Made by a program: the position numbers and the translations under genes
Shown here: piece by piece, positions 17,551-25,949 of the stretch
Position numbering within the stretch: the stretch's first letter is position 1
How the letters are laid out: each line of letters starts with the position of its first letter
Notes under the pieces: model-generated
Databases searched by the model: none
The model's input: only the letters and a program-made list of their open reading frames with translations
What the model was told of the DNA's origin: nothing
Virus record (IMG/VR): IMGVR_UViG_3300023218_000089
Coordinates: 1 to 31,359 of that record
From: a virus
Lineage: Duplodnaviria; Caudoviricetes
DNA: 31,359 bases
Direction: 5' to 3' (one strand)

Positions 17551-18054
17551 TCAGGTCGTCGTCACGCCGGTCGTGCTCGCGTTGAACAGCACCCCGGACG
17601 CATCTTTGTGGCACTCCCACTCCATCCGGTAGCGGGAGAATACAGTTCCTTTGTTGACCTCGATCGAGCCTCGCGGGAACGCACGCGGGAAGTTGAGCGG
17701 TCCGCCCGTGTTGTAGAGCAGCAGCCGGTAGACCTTCTCGTCCCCGAACATCAGGGTGCCGGAAGCGCCGGGTTGCCCTGCCGTGCCCCCGAGGAGTCGC
17801 GGTTCGCACTTCGCGGCGATCGCGGAGTCGTACTTCGACATTTCGAACCGCACGATCGCGATCTCGCCGAAATACTGCACGTCGATCGGCGGACCCTGAT
17901 CCCCGCCGTGCTCATCGCCCGGAACGTCGCCGAAGTAGCCCCGGAGTTCGACCTCGACGCCGTTGACGCTGTAGCCGAGGCCTTCGAGCGCATTGGCCGA
18001 ACCGGTGTCGACGTAGATCAGTGTCGCCCCGGAGACGTTCACGATGCGGGACAT
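17551..18054 (-). CDS. tail tube (major tail) protein
   Basis: 167 aa, beta-rich, LGYSVNGVEV...DVPGD...PID pattern; precedes the chaperones. Confidence 0.7.
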   Translation of the reverse strand: MSRIVNVSGATLIYVDTGSANALEGLGYSVNGVEVELRGYFGDVPGDEHGGDQGPPIDVQYFGEIAIVRFEMSKYDSAIAAKCEPRLLGGTAGQPGASGTLMFGDEKVYRLLLYNTGGPLNFPRAFPRGSIEVNKGTVFSRYRMEWECHKDASGVLFNASTTGVTTT

Positions 18055-18066
18055 GCCGGGTGATCC

Positions 18067-18558
18067 TTATAGATTCGGGATGCGACGATCCGGGTAGTAG
18101 TGCTGGACGTGGTCGCGCGTGAAATTGAGGTTCTGGTAGTCGGCCGTCGTCAGTTCCTGATGGCTCGGGGCTCCAGCTTCGATCGCCGGGTCGAGCCCAA
18201 ACACGTCCTCACCCTTCCGGAGCCGTTCAAGGTGCCGCTTCCGCCGAATCTCAAGTTGCTCGGCTCGCTCGGGGCTGAAATCGGGCCGACGCTCCATCAG
18301 GTAGTGCATCGCGATCTCGCACGTGATCCGTTTGAGCTTCGCGAGGGAGTTGCCGGTCAGCCCTGATAGCTGGGTGGCCGTGTACCGGCCCCCTTTGAGC
18401 AGAGCGGCGTCTACGTCTCCCGATGCGTCATCCAGTGCGGCCTGCACGATCGCGCTATTCGCGAGGTCCGATTCGGGCGTGCCGCTATCGGACGCGAGAT
18501 CGGCGATGTCGCGCTCGTCATAGCGGGCCGTGAGATCGGTGGAGGAAGCGTAGGCCAT
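18067..18558 (-). CDS. head-tail adaptor, Mu gp36-like (DUF1320)
   Basis: MAYASSTDLTARY...ALDDASGDVDAAL...GRY...LKRITCEIAMHYL...LERLRKG. Confidence 0.85.
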   Translation of the reverse strand: MAYASSTDLTARYDERDIADLASDSGTPESDLANSAIVQAALDDASGDVDAALLKGGRYTATQLSGLTGNSLAKLKRITCEIAMHYLMERRPDFSPERAEQLEIRRKRHLERLRKGEDVFGLDPAIEAGAPSHQELTTADYQNLNFTRDHVQHYYPDRRIPNL

Positions 18559-18637
18559 GTGTCACCAGAAAACGCCGTGACCGCCGCAGGGCGACTGACT
18601 TGGAGCCGAATCACCCCGCGGACGGTGCGACGACGGA

Positions 18638-19681
18638 TCACGCGATCGACTGGAACAGAAACGCCGTCGCCGGGGCGGTCATCACGACGTCGTAATCCTC
18701 GACGACGCGGCACTGCGTCCGGCGGTTGTCGGCGTCGTCCCGCTGCTCGACGGTCATTTCTTCGTACATGAAGAGCGACAGCGTCGAGAAACTCGGGGAG
18801 TCGGCGACGCCTTCGAGTTGCCCCGGGCGACTGAGCAGGATCGCGTTGCCCTGCGTCAGCACGGGGGCCTTGGTCGTCGAGGAGGCACCCTTGCGGGTCG
18901 TGACCTTGTAGGTTCGCTCTACTTCCAGTTCGACGCCGTACAGCCGGTCCGGCAGGCCGAAGATCACGTTCTTGCCGGGGAGTTCCCCCCGGACCTGAGC
19001 GAGAGCTTCGGGCGACCCCTTGATGTAGTCGACGATCTCCTGAGAGACGCTGAGCGACTTCGCATCATCGGGGTTGATGACCAGCCGGAAATCGCTCGGG
19101 TCGACCGCCGCGAGCGTGTCCCGCATGATCAGTTCCTGCGCGTGGTGGATCGACCGCTTGATGTCCTGGCGGGCGGTCGTGGACGCGGACCACGTACCGG
19201 TGTTCCCGCTGATCGAGGACACGGCGGACCGGTGGGTCGCGTCGTAGTTGCCCGTCGTGAGCAACTGCGTCACGGCCTTTTGGGTCCGGGCGGTCATGGC
19301 CTGCTGACTCTTGATCCGCAGGTGCTGGGCGATCATGTCCCAACTGGCCTGCTTGTGAGTCTTCCAGCCGAGAGTCGCCTCAAACAGCACCCGCTCGGTT
19401 CGGTAGTCGAGGAACTCGAACTTCTCGGTTCCGTCGTGCCCGACCGGAGCGGGAGCGCCGTCGGCCCACACGAAGTCGGCGAGGTCTGAGTTCAGGATGC
19501 GGCCGGCTTCCTCGACCGTCATCTTGAGGTAGTACCCGACCGACTTGGTCACCGGGACGATCTGGGCGTACCGGTTCAGCGAGAAGCTGTTGACGTTGCG
19601 GGAGTAGTCGACGACCAACTTGCCGGTCGCCTCGTGGTTCGGCACGTAGCCGGTGTTCTCGGCGGGAAATGTCGCAGGCAT
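18638..19681 (-). CDS. major capsid protein (HK97 fold)
   Basis: 347 aa between the cement and gp36-like genes; VPV..SVGYY and terminal DVVMTAPATAFLFQSIA. Confidence 0.85.
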   Translation of the reverse strand: MPATFPAENTGYVPNHEATGKLVVDYSRNVNSFSLNRYAQIVPVTKSVGYYLKMTVEEAGRILNSDLADFVWADGAPAPVGHDGTEKFEFLDYRTERVLFEATLGWKTHKQASWDMIAQHLRIKSQQAMTARTQKAVTQLLTTGNYDATHRSAVSSISGNTGTWSASTTARQDIKRSIHHAQELIMRDTLAAVDPSDFRLVINPDDAKSLSVSQEIVDYIKGSPEALAQVRGELPGKNVIFGLPDRLYGVELEVERTYKVTTRKGASSTTKAPVLTQGNAILLSRPGQLEGVADSPSFSTLSLFMYEEMTVEQRDDADNRRTQCRVVEDYDVVMTAPATAFLFQSIA

Positions 19682-19724
19682 TGCATTGCCCTTTCAAAAC
19701 TGGTGCCGCTGTGCGGCGGGATGT

Positions 19725-19772
19725 AAAAAAACTCAACGGCCGCGAGGAGTGGCCCGCGGCTCTCTCGTCAGC
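19725..19772 (-). terminator. possible weak terminator/hairpin before the capsid gene
   Basis: GCCGCG...CGCGGC stem followed after 7 nt by T7. Confidence 0.35.
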
Positions 19773-19775
19773 TCA

Positions 19776-20207
19776 TCACGTCGTGGTGGTGGTCGGCTCG
19801 GTGTGGGAACCGCCGATCAGCCAGACCTTGATCAGTTCGCCGTCGGCACCCCCTTCAAGGGCGTACGCGCCGAACTCCTGCTGAGAGCCGTCCGCCGTGA
19901 GCGGCACGGCTTCACCGTTGTCGTTGCTGGTGAGGCGTTGGCCCACCGTGATCGTGGAACCCGCCTCGACCAGAGCCTCACATCCGAGCGGATAGACGTT
20001 GACGGAGTCGCCGTCCTGAGCCGCTTCGACCGGACTGGTGGTGTTGAGCGGGATCGGGGCCGACCGACCGCCTTCCCGGGAGACGCCGAAAATCTTGTCG
20101 CCGGCGTTCGCTTCAAGAACGGTGTTGTTTTCGGTCGTCGAGAGGGCGACGAATCGCGAGGTGCGGATCGTGCCGCCCGCCCGCATCACCTTGGCTTGCG
20201 TGTGCAT
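19776..20207 (-). CDS. capsid cement/decoration protein (DUF2190-like)
   Basis: AGGTI..SRFV, VEAGSTITVGQRLTSNDNGEAV, ALEGGADGELIKV; C-terminal TEPTTTTT. Confidence 0.8.
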   Translation of the reverse strand: MHTQAKVMRAGGTIRTSRFVALSTTENNTVLEANAGDKIFGVSREGGRSAPIPLNTTSPVEAAQDGDSVNVYPLGCEALVEAGSTITVGQRLTSNDNGEAVPLTADGSQQEFGAYALEGGADGELIKVWLIGGSHTEPTTTTT

Positions 20208-20239
20208 TGGTTGCCCTTTCCGTGTTTAGGCAATGCAGT

Positions 20240-20295
20240 AAAAAAAATCAAAGTCCGTCGTCGCGTCGAAACTCGATCACACCCGCGGCAGACTC
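20240..20295 (-). terminator. possible terminator after the scaffold gene
   Basis: Imperfect stem AGTCTG..CGCG / CGCG..CGGACT followed by TTGA and T8. Confidence 0.4.
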
Positions 20296-21916
20296 ACTCG
20301 TCGCCGAGTTCCGCAGCGGCCTGTTCGAGGGCCTGCTCGTAGCTGACGCCATCGCGCAGAGCGATCTGGGTCGCCCGCTGCGATCGCTTCCTCGAATAGT
20401 CCTGCCGCTTCTTCGGGTCGCGGGACGCGGGCACCTTCAGGTCTTCAGTGTGCAGGAACCGACCGTTGGTCGGCATCCGCTGGTAGTGCCGCACGATCTT
20501 GGCCCGGTGGGCCTCGAACTGGTCGTCGGTCATCTCGCGGCAGTCGGCGATCTCCTCCTCGATGTCGAGCGAGTAACCGTCGTGCTGAAGCTCCGCGAGC
20601 GACTGCCGACGGGCGTAGTCCCGACGCTCGCTCTCGGCTTTGCCGACGCGACCGCGGAGTTCCTTGACCTCCCGCTCCAGACGGGCGTATTCCGTCGGGC
20701 TCTTGCCGTCCCGCTTAGTCGGGGCCTTGCGGCTCGTGCCCCGGTTGCGGCTGAACTGCGTGCGACTGAGTCGCTGCTTGCGGGACCGGCGACGGTAGCC
20801 CTTGCGGTAACAGGCCTTCTCGTCATCCGACATCCGCTCGTAGTCCTCGCGGTCATCGTCGTCGAACTCGGCCATCTCCTCGTCATAGAAGTCGGGGTTC
20901 TCGCCGGTGCCTTCGACGTCGATACCCTCGCCGGTGCCTTCGACGTCGATACCCTCGCCGGTGCCTTCGACGTCGATACCCTCGCCGAACTCTTCGGCTT
21001 CCAGGTCGTCGTCGACATCGAGTTCGTCGTCCGCGGCGAATTCATCCGGGCCGTCGGTCGCGCCGTCGGGGCCGGAGTTCATCTGCTCCCGCACCCACGA
21101 CATTTCATCGGTGTTCATCACACCGTCGACGATCTTGGCGATGTCTTGGTCGGTGATCATGCTCTGCGCTTTCTGATTTCGAACGGGGTTCTTGCGGTTG
21201 CCCCCATGCGAGGGGACGGACGTGTTGTCACCGGCCGGGAGTGCGGCCGAATACCTGCGGACCCGCTGCCCGGTCTCGGGATTACGGGCGTAACGCACCA
21301 TGCCGAGTTCCAGCCGCGGCGTGATGGCCCCGAGTGCGGCGATCGGATCGCTTAATCCGTCTTCCCAGCACTCGACGGAGCGGCGACGGAGCTTGTTGAG
21401 CCGGGGGACATCTTCGCGGTGGTGCCACTCGTCGTAGTAGACGCACCACTTCGGATTCCTGCGGCCGATCATGCCGAGCCGATAGTTGCCGGCGTACCCG
21501 AGCACCTCGGGAGCCTCGGCGTCCTCGGCGTCCTCGGGCTTCGGGGTGTGCTTCCCGTCGATCAGCGGGGCGAACGAGTCGCGATCAATGGCCCGCTCGT
21601 TATTGAATTCGATGATTTGCTTGAGCCGTGACAGCCCGACCCGTTCCTTGCCGTGCTCGTCTTCGATCTCGTGCGTGCAGAACAGCGGGATCGCCATTCG
21701 GAGCACGAACTGCGACTGCGGGAACGTCGCGACTGCCCGTTTGAAAGCCTCGGGCTTCCCGTGGACGGCTTCATACGCCCGGAAGCACGCCAGCGACCGC
21801 TCGTGCGGGTCGGGGATGCTTCGCTGCATCGCCTGATGGAACCGTACCGCGAACTCCGGCTGCGATTCGTTCGCGCCGGGCCTGATGGCGTCGGGTTGGC
21901 GGGTCTGGGTCGTCAT
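20294..21916 (-). CDS. prohead protease-scaffold fusion
   Basis: Between portal and capsid; GKH...RRSVE...ALGAITP protease-like motifs; acidic linker and coiled-coil C-terminus. Confidence 0.75.
   Translation of the reverse strand: MTTQTRQPDAIRPGANESQPEFAVRFHQAMQRSIPDPHERSLACFRAYEAVHGKPEAFKRAVATFPQSQFVLRMAIPLFCTHEIEDEHGKERVGLSRLKQIIEFNNERAIDRDSFAPLIDGKHTPKPEDAEDAEAPEVLGYAGNYRLGMIGRRNPKWCVYYDEWHHREDVPRLNKLRRRSVECWEDGLSDPIAALGAITPRLELGMVRYARNPETGQRVRRYSAALPAGDNTSVPSHGGNRKNPVRNQKAQSMITDQDIAKIVDGVMNTDEMSWVREQMNSGPDGATDGPDEFAADDELDVDDDLEAEEFGEGIDVEGTGEGIDVEGTGEGIDVEGTGENPDFYDEEMAEFDDDDREDYERMSDDEKACYRKGYRRRSRKQRLSRTQFSRNRGTSRKAPTKRDGKSPTEYARLEREVKELRGRVGKAESERRDYARRQSLAELQHDGYSLDIEEEIADCREMTDDQFEAHRAKIVRHYQRMPTNGRFLHTEDLKVPASRDPKKRQDYSRKRSQRATQIALRDGVSYEQALEQAAAELGDE
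20900..20987. repeat. perfect 27-bp tandem repeat, about 3.3 copies
   Basis: ctcgccggtgccttcgacgtcgatacc x3 plus ctcgccg; encodes GEGIDVEGT x3. Confidence 0.95.
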
Positions 21917-21924
21917 CAGGGCAC

Positions 21925-21963
21925 AAAAAAAGCCCGCAGCCCCCTTGCGGGAACTGCGGGCTT
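21925..21963 (-). terminator. intrinsic terminator/attenuator before the protease gene
   Basis: AAGCCCGCAGTTCCC-GCAA-GGGGGCTGCGGGC followed by T7, ending 8 nt before ATG 21916. Confidence 0.88.
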
Positions 21964-21983
21964 CCGGTTTCGGATCGCTCGCT
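21956..21983 (-). repeat. 28-bp conserved leader element, copy 2
   Basis: Identical to 13619-13646; begins within the TAA stop of the 75-aa ORF. Confidence 0.92.
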
Positions 21984-22210
21984 TAAACCTTGTGCGACTC
22001 GTTGAGCGAGGCTCTCACCTGCATCATTGAGCCGGAGACGAAGTCAATTTCCAGAGTGACTCGTCCGTGCAGTTTCGGAATCTTGAACGCGTCATTCAGT
22101 TTCGTCAACAGCAGAAGTGTGGCTCGATCAACTTTTACCGCCTGATCGGGATCGATGTTCTCGGTCACCGCGGGGGACGCACCGGTCAGTAGCTCAAGTG
22201 TTTTCGGCAC
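21983..22210 (-). CDS. small DUF2292/YezD-like protein (candidate RNA-binding regulator)
   Basis: Helix followed by HGRVTLEIDFVSGSMMQV beta hairpin; starts immediately after the portal stop. Confidence 0.6.
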   Translation of the reverse strand: MPKTLELLTGASPAVTENIDPDQAVKVDRATLLLLTKLNDAFKIPKLHGRVTLEIDFVSGSMMQVRASLNESHKV

Positions 22211-25165
22211 TCAGACACCCCCTTTCAGGGCCTGCCTGATCAGCCGCGTCAGCCCGCGTCGTCCTCCGGTTGAATAACGCCTTGGGCCGTGAGGTCGCGA
22301 AAAACGCCTTTGATCTTCTGCTTGTCCTCGGGCGTCAGTTTCCGGCCCGAGTATCTCCGAGACTTCGGCCGCGAGCCTTCGCTTGATGCGTTGCTTCTCG
22401 CGTCCGGTGCGGGCGTTTGCGTATTCGGTCGTTGCATCACTGATCACCTCGGCCAGTAGGTCGCCCGCGGCGTTGGACCGCTTGTCGAAGTCCCAGAGTG
22501 CGACTTCAGCGGCTTTGGCTCGCTCGCGGTTCCCCTCGGTATCGATCCGGTTCGTGCCGGTCGATTCTAGCTTGCCCCGTCGGCGCGAGGAAGCCGCATC
22601 CTTGAACGTCCGGGCCTCACTGCTCATTTCCCGACGCAGAAACGCCATCAGGTCGGCCCGCTCCGCGATCAGTGACTCTTCAAGTTCCTCACCGAACAGC
22701 CCACCGCCGCCGGCCGAACCTGTGGGCGTCACCTTCAGCATCCGGGCGATCTCTTCAACGTGGCTGTCAGGGACCGCCTTGCCGGTCTGACGCTCCTTCC
22801 GGTCGACGACGTTGATCGCCTCTTGCTGCTTGCCGTGATCCTCCAGATGCTTCGCAATCGCGACCCCGCGGCCGCCCTGAATCGTGCCTTTATCGTCGAT
22901 CAGGACCGGCTGACCACCGTCGCCATCGTCACCGCTGCCCGCGTTCAGCGTGATCCAGCGGAATTTGCCCTGGCCCTCATCGTCTTTCTTTCGGCGAGCG
23001 TAATTGCTGGCCCACTGAGCTTTTGCCCGCTGATACCGCTCTTTGTCTTCGTCGTCCGGATACTCGTCGTTTTCGAGATAGGGCTGCAGTTCGCTTTCCA
23101 AATCATCAACTGGAAGAACTACGCCACGGCCTGCCCATGAAAAGCCGCCATGCTCGACGTTGTGCAATCGCTCGGTGGTTTCGGGGACGTAATGATCGCT
23201 AACACGCACGCGGTCATTACCCCGGACAAAATACATTGAACCGCCCTTGTCGCGTTCGACTTTGTAACCGGCATCCGTAAGCAGTTTTTTAGCTTCCTCT
23301 TTTTGCGACTGAATCTTCTCCCATCGCTCGTTCGCTCTCCGATCTTCGAAAATGGAGGCTTTAAATTGGCGCGAGTTATGTTCGTGTAATAGCGATCCCC
23401 CTTTCGTCTTAATCGCTTTATGCACCGCTTCATTGATAATCCCGCCCATATTCACCTTCTTGTCATAAATCGCTCGCAGTTGTTCGTCGGATAGCGTGTC
23501 GACCATGTAACGGGCCACGTCGTCAATCCGCTGTTTCCGGTTCCCTGCGGCGCTCGACGCGAACTCGTTGAGGCGATCCTGCCAGCCTTGATCCGAACTT
23601 TCCGACACTGCGAACTTCCCGTCAGAGTCCCGCGGGTGGGCCGACTCTTCCCACTTCACGTACTGCTCCGGGCCTTCCCGTTGCTCTTCTTCCTCGTTCG
23701 CCTGCCCTTCAGGCTCTTCTCCCCCCGGCATGCCGCCGAACGGGTTTCCCATCCCAGACATCGCCATCGGGTCTTGACCGGCCGACTGGTTGTGCAGCAC
23801 CGCGTCATCCTCGCTCGGGACCGACGCGTCAATCGCTTCGTAGACGTCCGTCTCTTTGATCTTGAGCCCCATCTCCCAAGCGGATCGAAGGGCGTTCAGC
23901 TTCGCCTCGACGTCATCCTCCTCGGTCTCCAGCACGAACCGCAGCCGCACCCCATTGGCCTCGGGAAAGTTCTGATCCTGAAGCACCTTTACCAGTTCCT
24001 CGGTGATCGTCTCTTCGAGGTTGGTGGCGTCGTACTTCACGATCTGCAGGAACGTGTCCTTGTGGGCCTCCGCGACCCCGGAGCCGAGTCCTGTGGCCTG
24101 AGCCTCCGACGTTAGTACCTGCCCGAGGATGTACCGCTTGATCCGGTGCCCGAAATACTCCTGCAGCAGGCTGTTGAGCGTATCGATCCCCGCCATGCCC
24201 GGCTCGACCACCTGCACGCTATAGGCGTGGGCGTCGTCGCCGATTGGCTTCGGGAAGAAGATGTTTCCCCCCATGCGCCGCTCCGCAGCGGCCTCCTTGA
24301 TCTTGTCGAGAGCTTCCTGATTCCCTTCCGGGTATTCCCAGATCGTCACCCCGCCCGAGGCCCGTTCGAGGTACTCCATCAGGAACCCGAGCGTCTCCTG
24401 TTTCTGGAACCACTCCCAATAGATGCGGGACCGGATGCCGACCCCGTGAATCCGCCCGGCGCTCCGCGGGTCTTCGTACTCCCCGTCCTCGATCATGTGA
24501 CGGTGGACGAGCACGTACTGCCGCTCCCACGGCTCAAGGAAATACGCGAGCCCTCGCTCGGTCGGCTCGACCTTCCAGCGGCCGTCGATCAGGTCCCCTG
24601 CTGTGTAATGCGTCCCGACCCGGATGCCCATCTGACCCTCGCGGTGCCCTTGCCGCGGGTCTGATTGATACCGCCACACGAGCTTATCGCCGTTGATCGG
24701 ACGCCAGCCGTAGTTGTCCCCCTGTCGGGCGATGCAGTGCCGCCGCTTCCCGTGGATCGTCTGCCACGAGTAGGAATGCTGAATGCCGTATCGCCCGTAC
24801 CAAAGAGCTTCAAGGGCGTCGCGGCGGTACTCGCCGAACATCGGGATACGCTCGATGATCGCGGTCATGGCGTCGGCCAACTGCTTCTGTTTCGCCGATT
24901 TCGAGTCTTCCGGCTCTAAGTGCCAGTTCAACAAAGCACTGGCCCGCTGCCGGGCTTCGAGGCACTCCATGATCCCGAGATCGTTCCGCATGAAGCGGGC
25001 GTTTTCGAAGCTATCTCGGAGAGCTTCGTCCGACGCCAGATAGGTGCGGGAGTAGGTGCCGAAGATGCCTTGATACGTGTAGGCATGTTGCATCGGGAAC
25101 CGGCCGTAATTGGCCGGCATGCCCTTGGACTGAAAAGCCGGGTCGTCGCGCCGCTCGTGCGGCAT
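22211..25165 (-). CDS. portal protein (DUF935/Mu gp29-like) with ~500-aa C-terminal extension
   Basis: LEALWYG, GVGIRSRIYW, FLMEYLER, ILGQVLTSE...GLGSGVAEAH, DATNLEETITEELV; start trimmed to ATG 25165 because the longer ORF overlaps the sulfotransferase. Confidence 0.88.
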   Translation of the reverse strand: MPHERRDDPAFQSKGMPANYGRFPMQHAYTYQGIFGTYSRTYLASDEALRDSFENARFMRNDLGIMECLEARQRASALLNWHLEPEDSKSAKQKQLADAMTAIIERIPMFGEYRRDALEALWYGRYGIQHSYSWQTIHGKRRHCIARQGDNYGWRPINGDKLVWRYQSDPRQGHREGQMGIRVGTHYTAGDLIDGRWKVEPTERGLAYFLEPWERQYVLVHRHMIEDGEYEDPRSAGRIHGVGIRSRIYWEWFQKQETLGFLMEYLERASGGVTIWEYPEGNQEALDKIKEAAAERRMGGNIFFPKPIGDDAHAYSVQVVEPGMAGIDTLNSLLQEYFGHRIKRYILGQVLTSEAQATGLGSGVAEAHKDTFLQIVKYDATNLEETITEELVKVLQDQNFPEANGVRLRFVLETEEDDVEAKLNALRSAWEMGLKIKETDVYEAIDASVPSEDDAVLHNQSAGQDPMAMSGMGNPFGGMPGGEEPEGQANEEEEQREGPEQYVKWEESAHPRDSDGKFAVSESSDQGWQDRLNEFASSAAGNRKQRIDDVARYMVDTLSDEQLRAIYDKKVNMGGIINEAVHKAIKTKGGSLLHEHNSRQFKASIFEDRRANERWEKIQSQKEEAKKLLTDAGYKVERDKGGSMYFVRGNDRVRVSDHYVPETTERLHNVEHGGFSWAGRGVVLPVDDLESELQPYLENDEYPDDEDKERYQRAKAQWASNYARRKKDDEGQGKFRWITLNAGSGDDGDGGQPVLIDDKGTIQGGRGVAIAKHLEDHGKQQEAINVVDRKERQTGKAVPDSHVEEIARMLKVTPTGSAGGGGLFGEELEESLIAERADLMAFLRREMSSEARTFKDAASSRRRGKLESTGTNRIDTEGNRERAKAAEVALWDFDKRSNAAGDLLAEVISDATTEYANARTGREKQRIKRRLAAEVSEILGPETDARGQAEDQRRFSRPHGPRRYSTGGRRGLTRLIRQALKGGV

Positions 25166-25238
25166 CGGCTGTTCGGTCGGGCGTTCAAAGTGAATCCCGG
25201 TCGGCAGAAACGAGGCTAGCGCAGGGGACGACGGCACG

Positions 25239-25949
25239 TCACAGGCTCCGTGCGGGGGCGTTCGATGAGATTCCGTCGTCGCCGACAGTGTCACCGCATT
25301 CGACCGATTCGGGAAGGGTGAATTCGTAGCCGAACCGCTCATAGTCGGCCGCGTAGTACCGCTGGACCGCCTCCGTTGAGGGCTGAGAGAGTTCCATCGG
25401 CTCGCGTGGTGTCGGATTCAGGTGCGGGAGGTCAGGCAGCCCGGTCTTTTGCTGCAATCGCTTCCAGTCCCGATCCAGCGACTCGAATTTGCCGATGAAC
25501 TGCGGTCGCCCCCATCGCTCGGCCTGATTGTTGATCACGATCGTCTGCGGTCGCCAGTGCTTGTTCGCGATGTCGGGCGGTTGGGACGTGACCCACACGA
25601 CCCATTCGTCGGCCGTTGCGTTCTTTTCGAGGGGGCAGTTGAGCCGCTTGCCGAGGCCGGTCCGAATCTTCTGGCGGAAGGCGCTGAGCAGCCGGTCCAG
25701 CGGGTCGCGGACGAACGTGAAGACGTGCCGCGGGTGCAGCGTCATCCGGGAGTGGTCGGCGAAGTAGAAATTGGAATGCACGAACCCGTCGTTTTTGATC
25801 TCGACGCCATCTGCGGTCAGGAGTGCCGCCTTAATGGACGAGCACGCCGCCTTACAGACTTCGAGATAGAGGGTGCGGGTTGTGCGGGAGTAGCAAATCA
25901 CTTCAGTTCCGTCCGAACGTGTCGTCGAGCCTTCGGTTCTGTCCGTCAT
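25239..25949 (-). CDS. sulfotransferase family 2 (HNK-1ST/CHST-like)
   Basis: VCKAACSSIK, FTFVRDPLDRLLSAF, HWRPQ, FIGKFESL, YYAADYERFGY; alternative start GTG 25901. Confidence 0.88.
   Translation of the reverse strand: MTDRTEGSTTRSDGTEVICYSRTTRTLYLEVCKAACSSIKAALLTADGVEIKNDGFVHSNFYFADHSRMTLHPRHVFTFVRDPLDRLLSAFRQKIRTGLGKRLNCPLEKNATADEWVVWVTSQPPDIANKHWRPQTIVINNQAERWGRPQFIGKFESLDRDWKRLQQKTGLPDLPHLNPTPREPMELSQPSTEAVQRYYAADYERFGYEFTLPESVECGDTVGDDGISSNAPARSL

Noticed and set aside
18627-20264. 11-bp inverted repeat (GCGACGACGGA/TCCGTCGTCGC) bracketing the cement and capsid genes
   Set aside because: Short and GC-rich, and one arm already fits a local hairpin; cannot be distinguished from chance.
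20900-20987. Possible CRISPR array
   Set aside because: The repeats are contiguous with no spacers and lie in frame within the scaffold gene.
22249-22440. 63-aa alternate-frame ORF inside the portal 3' end
   Set aside because: Partly protein-like (LTPEDKQKIKGVFRDL) but fully nested, with no clear RBS.
25166-25342. Extended portal N-terminus from the ORF track
   Set aside because: Overlaps the sulfotransferase; ATG 25165 is the more plausible start.
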